Source of the DNA: Squalus acanthias
Taxonomy: Eukaryota
NCBI GenBank assembly: GCA_030390025.1
Contig: CM059447.1
Coordinates: forward strand, 24,056,001-24,120,000
Direction of reading: 5' to 3'
Length of the DNA stretch: 64,000 nucleotides
Shown: piece after piece, positions 1 through 11,985 of the stretch
Layout of the letters: every line of letters starts with the position of its first letter
How positions within the stretch are numbered: position 1 is the stretch's first letter
Made by a program: the position numbers and the translations under genes
The notes under the pieces: generated by a model
The model's database searches: none
Seen by the model: only the letters and a program-made list of their open reading frames with translations
What the model was told of the DNA's origin: nothing

Positions 1-560
1 CGCCTGACCTCCCAACTTTGTTGCAGCCAATGTACTTACCAGCTGGAGAAGACAACGACAGGTTGAGGTGGCGTGCAACAGCAGGAAGCCGGTTCCAGCG
101 ATGCTTTTTAAAGGGATCATCAGCAATCACTCAGACCTGACAGGTTTTTGAAGTTTGAGTGGCTGTATGTTACTTCCTGCTACTGGAACAGTTTTCTTTA
201 TTCATGTCAAGGTTCTTTGGTATCAGGGAGTATTGTGGCAAGTACAAAACCCCATAATTATTTCTGAAAAGCTCCAACCTACAACACTTGCTAAAGGTCA
301 TGGGGGCTGTACTGGCAGTGGACCTCACCCTCCAGGATCTACGGTGGAGGGAGCAGAGGCAGCGAGACAGTCGGCCTTCCAGATGGGCTGTCCATGACCG
401 GCTCATCAGACTCCGATTTGCATGAATGAAACCTCAGATCCCCGTAGCTCACCACATCCCCATCATACAATCCCTGTCTCACGCCATATCACTGCGTCCT
501 CCTGTGTGCAAAGGTGAAATGAGAGAGACCACAAAATATTCCAAACACAATTAATAACCA
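1..560 (+). mobile_element. Degenerate Harbinger fragment (probable host element of the 562-2911 insertion)
   Basis: Positions 370-540 resemble the transposase 3' end and downstream region at 2160-2340 (GACCGGCTCATCAGACTCCGATTT vs GACCGCCTCATCAGACGTCGTTTT). Confidence 0.45.
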
Positions 561-561
561 T

Positions 562-2911
562 GGGCTCGAAATTGGGTTCCGTTGCACCTCCCGTTGGTGC
601 CTCCGGGGGTGCTAACGGGGTGCTAATGGGTTTAGCGACCGGGTGCGGCGATATCAACGCCTCCCACTAAATTCGGCTGGAGTTTTGGGGCAGCAGTAAG
701 ATGTTGCGTCCCGATCTCCTGCGCCCGGAGATCATGACGTCATTGCCTTGCGCAGCGCCCCAGATGAAAAATTCCCTCTCGCCCCCTGCTTGTGCATCTG
801 CCGTTAACAACGACAGGTCGAGGAGGCGGCTTTCAGTCGGATGTCCCTTGGAGGAGCGCTATTTAAAGGCGTCCACATCCGGTGTAGTTTTCGTTGGCCA
901 ACAATGCTGCGTTGTTAGTTTCACATAGGTAAAGAGGCCTTTTGACAGATTGGAGCGTTTTGTGTTTTAACGAGTGTTCTGGCACATAAAGATTCTTCAG
1001 TTTCATTGAGGGGAGATTTGAAAGTGCAATATTTGGATCCTTTCATGGGGGCTGTACTGGCACTGGACCTCGCCCTCCAGCGTCAACGTCGGAGGCAACT
1101 GAGGCACATAGAAAGAGTGCAAAATGTGGCCAGAGGTAGGAGGGCCAACAAGGCTCTCAACAGGAGGTCTTACCCACCCAGGGTATTCCGGCAGCAGTTC
1201 TCCAACATGAATTTCACTGAGGACCAGTGTGTTAGAAAGCTCCGCTTCAGCACGGATGTGTTCACAGAGCTCTGCCACCTCCTGCAGCCAGACCTCGAGC
1301 CTAAGATCAGGACCACCACGGCTCTCTCAGTGGCAGTCAAGGTCATCATCGCCCTCAATTTCTACACCAGCGGATCATTCCAGTGTGCGACAGGCGACAT
1401 CTCCAACATCTCCCAGTTTTCCGTCCATTGCTCCATCCGCCAGGTCACAGATGCTCTGTACAGAGAAGAGACTACATTTCCTTCCCCATGACCAGAGAGA
1501 AGCAGCGCGAGCGTGCATGTGGCTTTGCCAGGATAGCGGGCTTCCCCATGGTGCAGGGCGCCATCGACTGCATCCACGTCGCTTTTTGGGCACCGCATCA
1601 CAATCCTGAGGTATTCCGTAACCACAAAGGCTACCACTCACTTAATGTGCAGTTAGTGTGCGACCACACACGACGAATCCTGACCGTCAATGCCCGCTAT
1701 CCTGGCAGCAGCCACGATGCCTTCATCCTGCGCCAGACCAGTGTGCCAGATCTGTTCCAGCCACCACATGAAGCTTGTGACTGGCTGCTGGGAGACAAGG
1801 GCTATCCACTCTCCACCTGGCTCATGACTCCCCTCCGCAACCCCAACACTCCTGGCCAACACTCCTATAATGAGAGCTATGCTGCCACCAGGAACATCAT
1901 TGAGCAGACCATCGGAGTGCTCAAGCAACAGTTCCGCTGCCTTGACCGCTCGGGAGGAGCCCTCCAGTACTCGGCTGAGCGGGTGTCACTTTTCGTCATT
2001 GTCTGCTGCATGCTGCACAACTTGGCCATTATGAGGGCACAGCCATTACCACTAGGCATAGCCGCACCACCTCAGGAGGAGGAGAAGGAGGAGGATGATG
2101 AGGAAGAGGAGCAGGAGGAACAGGAGGACGAACAGCAGTGAGGTGGAGGAGGCAGCCACTCAATCGGCGTTCTGTAAGGTCGGTCCGTGACCGCCTCATC
2201 AGACGTCGTTTTCAGTGACTTTGAGACCTCATTCCGGTTGCTGAGCACTTCGCCATCATTCCATCACTTTGTGATTCCACCCCACACCCCAGAACTGAAA
2301 TGAGACACCGCACCAAATGTGCAACATTCCAGTAATAAATTTATCAAAAACCATTAATCACATATAGACAAGAACAATATTGACTAATCACCCGTGTGCA
2401 AACCCTGGCCTCCCCTCTTTACAGTGCCCTTTCCTAATCTAGTGCTCTTATGTAGTGTCTCCCCAGTGGCTGCAGCAGGGCTGGTGGAAGGCTGATGAGT
2501 GTCGGTGCCACAGACTACAGTTGGCCTTGCAGGATGCCCTCGACCAGCTCTGTCCCTGGGAGTGGGAACAGCCATAGCCATCAGAGGATTCAGTTGCTTG
2601 CAGGTCGCCTCAAAGCCAGCATTGCTGAAAATGAGCATCTGCCCAATGACGCAACCTCCCCTTTAAGAGCTGGAAGGAACCAGTGTGAAGGATCATTGCT
2701 GAATGCATTGCACCTGAAATTCATTAGCGCTCTGCTGGTAGCACCCCGTAGCGCCCCAATGAGGTCATTAGCGCTTGATTTAGTGCCCCACTACTTTCCT
2801 GGGGCGCTAACACCCAATTTAGTAGAAATTCAGAATCCTTAGCCCCTGGGGCTACATTTTCAAAATTTCAAAAGTTAGCACTCCAAACGGGGCGATAACC
2901 ACTTTCACCCC
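562..2911 (+). mobile_element. PIF/Harbinger DNA transposon carrying a frameshifted transposase
   Basis: Imperfect terminal inverted repeats (GGGCTCGAAATTGG... and ...CCACTTTCACCCC), subterminal GGGGCGCTAA-type repeats, and an internal HARBI1-like ORF. Ends are approximate. Confidence 0.8.
1045..2141 (+). pseudogene. Harbinger (HARBI1-like) DDE transposase with a frameshift near 1465
   Basis: ORFs 1006-1491 and 1383-2141 join into one protein with motifs GAIDCIHV, RKGYHSLNVQ-like, YPGSSHDAFI, LLGDKGYPL, RNIIEQTIGVLK and an acidic C-terminus. Confidence 0.92.
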
Positions 2912-2917
2912 CTTTAT

Positions 2918-3540
2918 CTATAAACATATCACATGAATTCTAATAACTAATGACCCTTGTGCCTGGCATAGTTGCATAGCTGTCATTGTGTGCATGGTGT
3001 GAGATGTGGGTGTGAGTGTTGCTAGGGAGAGATTGTTGATGGGTGAGTGCTGGGGGTATGGTGCATTGAGCAGTGTGTGAAGCCTGTGTAAAGATGGTGG
3101 TATGTAGCATTTGTTGAAGGCTTCACTCACCCTGACCACCCGTGTGACCTCTTTAACCTTCTTCCTGCACTGTGTGGGGGTCCTGGGGACCACAGTGTTG
3201 CCCGTAATGGGGTGTGCCACCTCCTTTCACATAGTACAACAGACTTGTGGTGAGGGCCTCCTGCCAGTTGGTGGGTATATGACCGCCTGCCTTCTCTCCA
3301 CTGCTAAAACCAGTGCCTCCAAATCTTCATCGGAAAACCTCTGGGCTCTCTCCATGGGGCGGCGATCTGGCATCAGGATTTTTAAATAAGTGCTCCTTCT
3401 GCTTGTCCTTCTTCTTATGGTTGTTGAGGCAGCTGCACACCCAACAATGCTGAGAATGAAGTGCTGCAGCATCGATGAACCTCCCCGTTAAGCAGTGAAA
3501 AAAGCCTGTGGCAATCATTACTTGCGTTTAGACTGCCCCC
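2918..3540 (-). pseudogene. Degenerate Harbinger Myb/SANT-like accessory gene
   Basis: RAQRFSDEDLEALVLAVERRQAVIYP ... PRTPTQCRKKVKEVTRVVR is split over two frames and followed by a GTGAGT donor. Confidence 0.75.
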
Positions 3541-4354
3541 GATATTGGTCCATCTTTTCAGTGTAATGCCAATAAGCTTGGGTTTTTAGACGAGAATCAT
3601 GACTACAATCATTTTAATGAGGAGTGAGGACAAATTTTGCATGCAGCCTAGAAGATTTTCAACTGATGCTACTTAACTATTTTCCATTTCTTGGCTATAA
3701 CAAATTTCTAGTCCAAGATTCTTAATGAGAATGTGCTCAAAGTAACAGATCAGGACAGAGTTGTTGAGATTTTGTTGGGTAAATTGTCAAAATCATCTGT
3801 CAGTGCTTCCAGACAGTGAAGAAAGAAAATCAAATATTAAGTTGTATAGCTGAGGCCATGACTTGTATTGTATCTTGTCTTGTACTCACATCTGGAGTAC
3901 AGTGCTAAGTTTTGGTCTCAGATCGCCAGAGGACAGCTATGAGACTGATTCCCGAATTTAGAGGTCTGAGACAGTCACAAGGAAAGATCATCAACCCTGG
4001 GACTTTACTCTCCATAGGGAAAGAGGATGAGGGGGACAATTGATACAAGTCTTCAAGATTTTCATGGAAAATGTAGCTCCAGAAAGTTCTTCCATCAGGC
4101 ACAAGATTCAAGGACTGAGAGACACAATTTAACGTTAAAGGTGCCAAAAGAAAATAGGAAATTTAGGCAACTGTTTCCTATAAGAGGGTGATAGAATTCT
4201 AGAACAGATTACCAGCAGGAGTGGTGGAATAGAAACTCATGGCTGGTTTTAAAAAGAATGAATTTCGAATAAGAAAGGAAAAACAGTGTTATTTGTTCCA
4301 GAATCACAGAAAGGAAACTGATGGGGCGTTTGGAAATGCAGGATCAATAAAAGA

Positions 4355-4800
4355 AACAGGTAAGAACTTAAATTTATATCGTGCCTTTCATGACTTCAAG
4401 ATGTCCCAAAGCACTTTACAGCTAATGAAGTACTTTTGAACTATAGTCACTGTTGTAATGTAGGGAAATGCGGCAGCCAGTTTGTGCACAGCAAGGTTCC
4501 ACATACAGCAATGAAATACATGACCAGATAATCTGTGGGTTTCGTTTACTGATGTTGATTGAGGGAGGACACCATGAGAGCTCTCCTACTCTTCTTTAAA
4601 TAGTGCCATGGGATCTTTCATGTTCAGCTGAGAGGGCAGATGGAATATTGGTTTAACGTCTCATCCAAAAGATGATACCTCCTGACAGTGCAGTACCGAA
4701 GTGTCTGCCTGGATTATGTGCTCAAGTCTCTCTGGAGTGGGGCTAGAACCCACAACCTTCTGACTCAGAGGCGAGAGTGCTACCAGTAAACCATGGCTGA
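4355..4800 (-). mobile_element. tRNA-derived SINE (DeuSINE-like)
   Basis: Reverse complement of the SINE family at 51088-51545: tRNA-like head, central domain and GCTTTGGGAC...GGCGCTATATAAAT-type tail. Confidence 0.75.
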
Positions 4801-5706
4801 AACCAAGATAGACCAATAGTCTTCTTCTGTCCTAATCATTAGTACATTACTGTGTTATAATGTTTTTTTCAGACCTCCAAAGTGAATTATAGATCCTAGG
4901 AGGTGAGAAATGCCATTCATAAGAAAGAGAACATTTGCTCAACTTTTAACGGCCAGTATAACTGTTAGCATCAAGCACTCCTACAACAGCCCACAACAAT
5001 ATGAAATAACCCCAAAGAAAGAAAAGTACCCTCTGCTGGGTTAGATGAGCACTGGCTCCCAGGATAAAAGGACAATTTTTTAATTCACTGCATCACCCAG
5101 TTTCCCCAACTCGTAATGTTCAATTTACTCAATCTCGCATAATATCAGTGGGATTCTGCCTGAATAAAGAGAGGGAAAGGATAATGCTGGGCAATGCTCC
5201 CCCTAAGGTATGCGGGCACGCACCAACCACGAGGTCCTGTGCAGGCCGCTCAACAGCTCCTGCCCCTGGAACAGATACCATGCATGAGGCAAGGCAAATT
5301 TAAGGGGCCCGCACACGAAAAAAAAATTAGAGGGAACATTAATGCCAGGACAATATCCTTTTGTCTTTTCTCCCTGGCATGTCTATTTTCACAACAGTGA
5401 CATCTCCAACCAATGCGCCGTACAATGGCAATAAGATCCCTGTAGCATTTTGGGATTTTTACCATGACCTGGAAGGAATTTTGTTTTGATTTAAAGATGA
5501 GATTCAACGTACAAAAGGGTTAAGATACAACTGATGAACACAATTGCAGTCATTTTTCAGGAAGTAAAGCTTAAAAGATGCTGAATATACAAACTGATGG
5601 AATTGTTCAGGGACAAATGATCAGAATGGATGGAATTTTTATTTGATTTGGATTCCTGTACACACAAAATGAATGAAAACCAACAAAATGACACATGCCC
5701 TCACAT

Positions 5707-6526
5707 AGCCTGGATTTTGCAGTCAGCAGCGATGCAAAGGTGTTCACTGCTGGCCCTGAAGTACACTTTGCACAAGGATCTAGCAATCCCTGTGTCGAGA
5801 ATTTGGGGTTTTCCGACCCTCAATTGAAATCAACAGAAGTTAATGGGGATTCCCTTGTGTGAGCTGCTGTGACATCAAGAGGCTGTCTAAGCAGTCGATC
5901 AAAATGCAGAAGTCTCACAGACAGCGAACAAGGAAATGAGTGAGCTCTTAAAATTTTAAACTTTTTAAAAATGTTAGAGAGCAAAACAAAGATTGGGGCT
6001 GTCACATTGGGGAAAAGGCAAACCTGAAATAAAGATGGAAAACTTATAAAAAAAAAGTAAAAAAACATTTTTGAAAAGTTTCTTGAAAAACTTGGGCGAG
6101 AAATTGGACACCTTAGCTCCTCCCGTTAGCACCTCCTGGGGGCGCTAACGTGGCGCTAAGCAATTACTGACCGGGCGTGGCAAGAAGATTTCCAGGCCCT
6201 TAACATTTGTTTAGCAGTAACAACGCTGTTAAAACCCCAGTTACACCTAATCCCTTTGGGTCTAACTTTTAGTGGGGAATTTAACAGCGTAATTAATGAG
6301 GAAGAGCCAAAGTTTTTGTCAGCTTCCTTGATTTGGCTGATTACACAGATTGCCGGCTGTGTCGGAAGGGCACAGAGCAGCCTGTTTCGGAGCTGTCAAT
6401 GACCGACCGTAACTTCGGGACTTCCGCAAGCGCCTGCGCCAAATCCCGAAGGTGCGGTCAGTTTCAAAGGCGGATTGACGGCGATCGTTGCCAGTTCACC
6501 GTCATCTCGACCGCAAATTCTGGGAC
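5707..6526. mobile_element. Non-autonomous Harbinger-type element (MITE), same family as 30595-32849
   Basis: Inverted ends (GCCTGGATTTTGC / GCAAATTCTGGGAC) and colinear similarity to 30595-32849. A nested piece at ~6093-6190 resembles the left end of the 562 element. Confidence 0.7.
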
Positions 6527-6594
6527 ATCGTTTTTAAGTAGAAGTTTTATTTCAGTAAATTATGTCAGATGAATATTTGAAACATTAAACATAC

Positions 6595-6933
6595 CTGAGA
6601 CAAAAAGCATTGTTCCTTGTCCGAATCGGTCTGATACTTTACCATGTCTTAGTCCAAAGACACAGAAGTAAATATCCGTGTCACTTTCCCGAAGATCTTT
6701 GAGGGTTATGGTGAATTTTTTCGCATCTCCTTCATACACAAGACGACTCTTGTATGACTCGTTTATCGTATTATTTAGTTTGTGGACATAGATCAGATCA
6801 ATAGGATTTGAAATGTTCCTTTTTAAATAGGTGCCTACAAGGATCACTTCTGTGGATGAAAATTCACAGTTTATTGAAACTGATTCTCCATTTTTCACTT
6901 GTTTAATGAGAGGAAACTGGGAAACATGGACAT
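6595..6933 (-). CDS. CD7: CD7-like gene, IgV exon (VJ-type V domain)
   Basis: 339-nt phase 1-1 exon bounded by TTTACAG and GTATGT. It encodes DVHVSQFP..GESVSINC..LVGTYLKR..PIDLIY..RLVYEG..FTITLKDLRESDTDIYFC..FGQGTMLFVS, which follows the CD7 pattern as I recall it (GxYL with no C-strand Trp, PxDxIY, SDTxxYxC, GxGT). Confidence 0.8.
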
Positions 6934-7142
6934 CTGTAAAATACACAATTGAAAATATAGTCAGTACAGTCAGAAAGCTCTGAATGCGATCATCAATTAT
7001 CAAACAAAACTTTCCCTTTGTGTAAATATTTCTTTAATTAAAAGAAGAATAGAGGTGAAGTAAGAGGGGACCATTGAGTGTAATCTCTAACATTTCATGT
7101 CACTGGAGAAAGATGGCTCCCTTGCATCATCTGAGTGTCCAG

Positions 7143-8442
7143 GGGCACGATTTTAATTCCCGAGGCGGGTTGGCGTCGGGTTGCGTGGTGGGCGGGTTCG
7201 GGAGCCGCTTCCGGCAGGATCAGCTGCAGAGTTGCGATTTTTATTAAACTAGCTTGTTAATTTCATGGAGGTGCGCTGGCCGGTCCAATGAGTGGGATTG
7301 GGTAGGCTGGCCGCCACTGATGATGTCATAATAGCAGCTACTTTTAAAGCTGCCATCCAGCCTGAGCCTTTCCATTGTGGATTCCTGCACTTCTTTTCAA
7401 AGCTATGACTTCTTTCAGAGGCAAGGCAGCTCCTCGGTTTAATGATGATTCCCTCCATGTTCTTGTGGATGCAGTCAGAGAGCGCAGGGAGATTCTCTTC
7501 CCCCCTGATGGCCAGAGGAAGCCTCCTCAGCAGACCAAGGCAGCCTGGCTGCACATTGCTCAGGAGGTGAGCGCAAGGTCCATATGTTCACGCTCATGGA
7601 TCCAGTGCCACAAAAGGTTTAATGATCTTGTGAGAACATCAAAAGTGAGTATCCCATCTCACTTGCCTTCACTCTGCTTCCCTTCTCTTCTCATCACCAG
7701 CACTCTGCTTAGTAAGCCTCCTCCTTCACATCCCACCTTACTCTTACTTCCCTTGCACCCTTTCCTATCCATCTCTGTCTCTGTACTAAATCACTTCAGC
7801 ATCCTGCCTATGCACCCTTTAGACTCGCTCTCACATGCAATGACAACAACTAACAACGCACAGGGAGCTTTCTTCCTCTTGGCACCTTACCCCATCTTCG
7901 TCTCCCACAAAGCTTCTATGGTAGGGATTAATCACACTCACTCCATCACTGTGGCTGAAACACCGCTTGTGTCCCTCCTTGCAGGAAAAGATAGCCCACA
8001 ATAAGAGGGAGGGAACATTGACCAGTGCTGAGGAGGCAGCAAACGAGAGTGTTAGAGGTGGCGAGGACCTGGAAGTGGGCGATGAAGAGACGGGCACACT
8101 AGAGGAAGCTGGCGACATAATAGATTTTCATCCCTCTCAGAAAGCAATGCAATATGATGTTCATAGAGAATCGCTTTGTAACATCTGCTCAAAAGGATGT
8201 GTCTGCTACATCAATGTCAGATGTTTAATTCAAGCCTTTACTCTCTCACAGGACCATCGAGCGCCTTAACTACCTGTCCCACCGGTTGGAGACGGGTCAG
8301 TTTGGGAGCGGCTAACCAGACACTCAGGAAAATCGGGTGGGAGCGGGATGGAAGCGGGTTGGGTGTCTGAAGCCATTTTTCCCGATTTTCCCAACAGACC
8401 CGCCTCCAAACCCGCCTCCTCAGGGCTATTAAAATCAAGTCC
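7143..8442 (+). mobile_element. Harbinger derivative encoding only the Myb/SANT protein, antisense in CD7-like intron 1
   Basis: TIR-like ends GGGCACGATTTTAAT / ATTAAAATCAAGTCC with flanking CAG/TAG. Myb exon 7405-7644 (PRFNDDSLHVLVDAV...AAWLHIAQEV...RSWIQCHKRFNDL) ends at a GTGAGT donor; exon 2 starts at 7985 (EKIAHNKRE). Confidence 0.8.
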
Positions 8443-8747
8443 TAGGTGTCACTCCACTCCATCGCATAATGAGGGGCACGGCCAAGGCAGATGCTAAAAT
8501 GCCTCATGGCCACACATCAAAGGGTAGTAATCTTGACTGACAGCTCAGTGAGTTAAACCCCCCTTCATCTCACAGACTTAAGGCAGAGGATAGAAGTGTT
8601 TCCTTGGTGCTCTCTCTATCCCTCCAGTTGTTTCTCTGCCGAGGTGTGATGAAAGGCAGTCAGATAGATTAACTGTAGTCGTCTGAGATTGTACGCTACA
8701 CAGGCATTGTTCTCTGTCTATATATGCTTTGCCGATTCGTATTCCTT

Positions 8748-8845
8748 CACTTCACCTGACGAAGGGGCAGCAGCTCCGAAAGCTTGTGATTTCAAATAAA
8801 ACTGTTGGACTATAACCTGGTGTTGTGCGACTTCTCACTTTTGTC
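8748..8845 (+). mobile_element. Penelope-like element terminus with minimal hammerhead motif
   Basis: CTTCACCTGACGAAGGGGCAGCAGCTCCGAAAGCTTGTG followed by AATAAAACTGTTGGACTATAACC; related copies at ~46600, 54645 and 59265. Confidence 0.7.
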
Positions 8846-11706
8846 TATCCCTCCAGCCACAGAGGAAGCAGTGTTCTAGCATGTCTGCATGTTAAAAAGG
8901 TTCTGAACCAACTAGTTTTGTATAGCTCAGCTTTAGAAGATTCCTATATTTAGCTGATAGTTGCATCTTTATTATTTTCTATAACTGAGGAGCATAAGAA
9001 ATTGGCTGTCCTCACTGTAAAAACTCTATACTATTCATTCAATATAATTGATCTAAAATAAACCAGTTGATGGCTTCAAGATGTCTCTCGTCTCGATAGC
9101 TTTTCTACCCGTCTTCTGTAAAGAGGGGAATACCCGTAGCAGTACTGAATTGTATTTCCGTGACCACTATATGGGGCAAGGGTGCTCTGTTATCATCCCT
9201 GGGTCGTACTATCTTTTAAGTAGATATTTGGGTAGTAACACGTACATTGCAGATTGTAGGGAACACTAGGGCCCCGGTTTTAAATCAGGGTGGGATTGGT
9301 CTGTGCGAGAGGCCTGGGCCAGCAACAAGCTCACATGTCAAGGCCCGGAGAGATTTTAACTCCCAGGCCTCATTTCCACATCCAGGCCCCGATTTTCACC
9401 TGGACCCAGCAGAAATCACTGAATTGGCGCCGGAAGGGAATGGAAATTAGGACGGCAGGAGGTCACTGCCAGGGACCCACGAGAATGATTCCTAGAAGTG
9501 AAGTATGTGGTGAGGGGCAATGGCAAAAGGGGCAATGGGGTGGGGGCGGGGTGGGGGGGGGGGGCAGCGGTGTAGGCACACAGAAGTGCACTACTGTTCC
9601 TCCTGGCCCCACAAGGAAAGCGAAAAAATATTTTTAAAACTTTCCTGCCTGGGCCTTTTCTGACCCACGATCCCGTTCCCGACAGGTTTGGTCTGGTGGG
9701 GAAGCCATCATTGATCCCCCGCTCAGGCCTCTAGTTAAAATAGCAGATTGGACCCCGATGACATCAACAGAGCTTGATCTGCATATTTAAAGAGGACCCC
9801 GCCAGCTTGGAGCCATTAGAGATGGTCAGTAAAGGTCAACTTTGCCAGTGAGGCCCGTATCCCGAAAAATAATATTGAAAATTAACTTTGCTTATGTCTA
9901 GGTGGTCTGATTACTCTCACCCCATATACCTTCTCTGTCCAAGAGGGAAGGGCAGGTACCCTACTCTCATACAGCTACCAATGACATCCTTGGCCAGCCA
10001 CTAGGATGTGCGCAAGAGCAGCCGTGCCAAAACTACCTTCTCAATTACCTTCCCATTCCTGCGCAGCTTTTGAAACAATCATGACCTTCGCATTTGAAAA
10101 TGAGTCATTTAACAAATATTCTTAGGTTTCCACTAAACTGCAGTTTGGTGGAAAGATTATAAGAATATTTGCTGTATGGCGGATTTCAAATGTAACACAC
10201 TCTTAGTTATTTCAAGAGCTGTGTGCCACATGCCCAATAATAGTGTTGGGTTAACTGATGGTGGTTTTGATTTTCGGAAACACATTTGGCTGGAGCTTCA
10301 ATTATTAGAAAGGCAAAAATAGAATATTCTTGGTTCAAAATAAAAGAGTTTGCTCACTTTTGAGATTGCACGTTAAAAAAAAACCTTGAAACGGGGCAAA
10401 TAGTACGGTGCACTGAAAACCTTTTCAGTTTTTCAAATTAATCACAGTTTTTCCGATAGTGCATAATCTGCAATGGGTGTTTTGTCTGTACTTCTAATCA
10501 GGTATTAAGTGAGCAAGACCTAACTATGTTTTAGCATTTGAGGGAAAATGTGGTCAAATAATTTTTTTTTGCAGTGTGTTGTTTGTCATATACTCCCCAA
10601 ATTTTCTGATGCAATGTAAGATCGTGGTTTAGTTGTCAATTTACTGACAAATTCTGAAAGTTATACAGTTCAATCGGCGCCATCATTGCTGCTGAGCTGA
10701 CAGTCAGGCATTTAATAGTATTCCTATAAAGTACATTAGGACTTAAGAATGTATTCACGGTGTCAAAGAAATTGTGAATTTAATCAAAATTATTTTGAAG
10801 AGACTTAGCAATATATCTGTGGCAGTACACACATAATGCTCACTTCTGCTCTCCAAAAATCATTACACCTGAAAATACTTTTTAAATTTATATATGGAAA
10901 ACAAAAGAATTTTGAGTAAGTTTTATTGAACCTCTTTATCAACAAATGCCAGGTTGAGGGCAAATGTGCTCGACTAGTAAAAAGTCTGCTTAGTTTCAGT
11001 TGAATCACTTCAGTTGAAATGCAAATGATTTCTATAAATTATCCATTGCAGGATTGAAATACGGAAAGAGTGTTTCATATCTTAGTCTATGAAAGCTGGC
11101 TGTTTTATACCTACTGATTGCAGTTTTCATATTTAATAAGCTAAAAAGTCCTGCCAGGGTTGTTGAAGCATGTCCTATGTTTAAGCTTCTTCGTCACACA
11201 GAGATTTTCATTTGTTCAACGCTGTTCTGCCAAGAACTCTATTTGTAACGTTTTACTTTTGGTATGTAAATAAAAATACTTTAATATTAAAATAGTTCTA
11301 TTTCATCATTCTAAGTTTTAATCAAAATCACAATCAAGTTATCACATCGCCACATAATAGTACAACAACTTGCATTTTTATAAAGTCCTTCTAACGTAGA
11401 GAAATGTCCCAAAGTTCTCCAACAGAGGTGTGAGGGAATTCAACACCAAGCCAATGAGCAGAGATTAGGAGGAATGATCCAGAACTTGGTTAAAGAAAGA
11501 GCCTTAAAGCAGAAGAGAGTAGTGGTGACAGGGGGCTTTCGGAAGAGAATTCCAAAGACAGATTGAGTGCGTCAGATAACTTTAGACTAATATAATTTTT
11601 AAATGGATCTTGAACATTTTCTTTGTGCTGAAGCAACAGCGGCACGTGTATAATATACCGCAATTATTAAACATTTGAAAGATTTCACAGCAAAGCCATT
11701 TCCTAC

Positions 11707-11773
11707 CTGTCTGTTCTCCAGAAATCATTAAAAAGAAAAGGAACTGAAGAAGGTGGAATATTTGTGCAGCCAT
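11707..11773 (-). CDS. CD7: CD7-like gene, signal-peptide exon
   Basis: ATG at 11773; MAAQIFHLLQFLFFLMISGEQT plus one G before a GTAGGA donor. The 67-nt exon is phase 1 and splices in frame to the V exon (G|AT = Asp). Confidence 0.8.
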
Positions 11774-11819
11774 ACTTATTATTCACAGTTTACTTCTGTC
11801 AACACATTTTGGAAAGCAC

Positions 11820-11985
11820 TGGTATATATCTATCTAAATTTCCGCTTAAGCGTCAGTCCAACCCACACACCAGAAACCACAATGTTACAACACATTTTAT
11901 TAAAAATACTTGCAGAAAAATTCACTGCTTAGTATTCTATGCCCTGCGGTAACAATGCTTGTGCATAATCACATCAGCTGGAATC
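11820..11985 (-). promoter_or_regulatory. Putative CD7-like proximal promoter
   Basis: TATATA ~50 bp upstream of the ATG, RUNX consensus TGTGGTT at 11875-11881, and E-box CAGCTG at ~11975-11980. Confidence 0.35.

Noticed and set aside
3540-5700. Search for CD7-like stalk, TM and cytoplasmic exons
   Set aside because: Only LINE/SINE remnants and non-coding sequence were found, with no convincing hydrophobic exon.
6595-6933. Rearranging TCR/Ig V segment or pre-joined antigen-receptor gene
   Set aside because: No RSS, no C-strand Trp (WYxQ), a 4.8-kb leader intron, and the motif pattern fits CD7 better.
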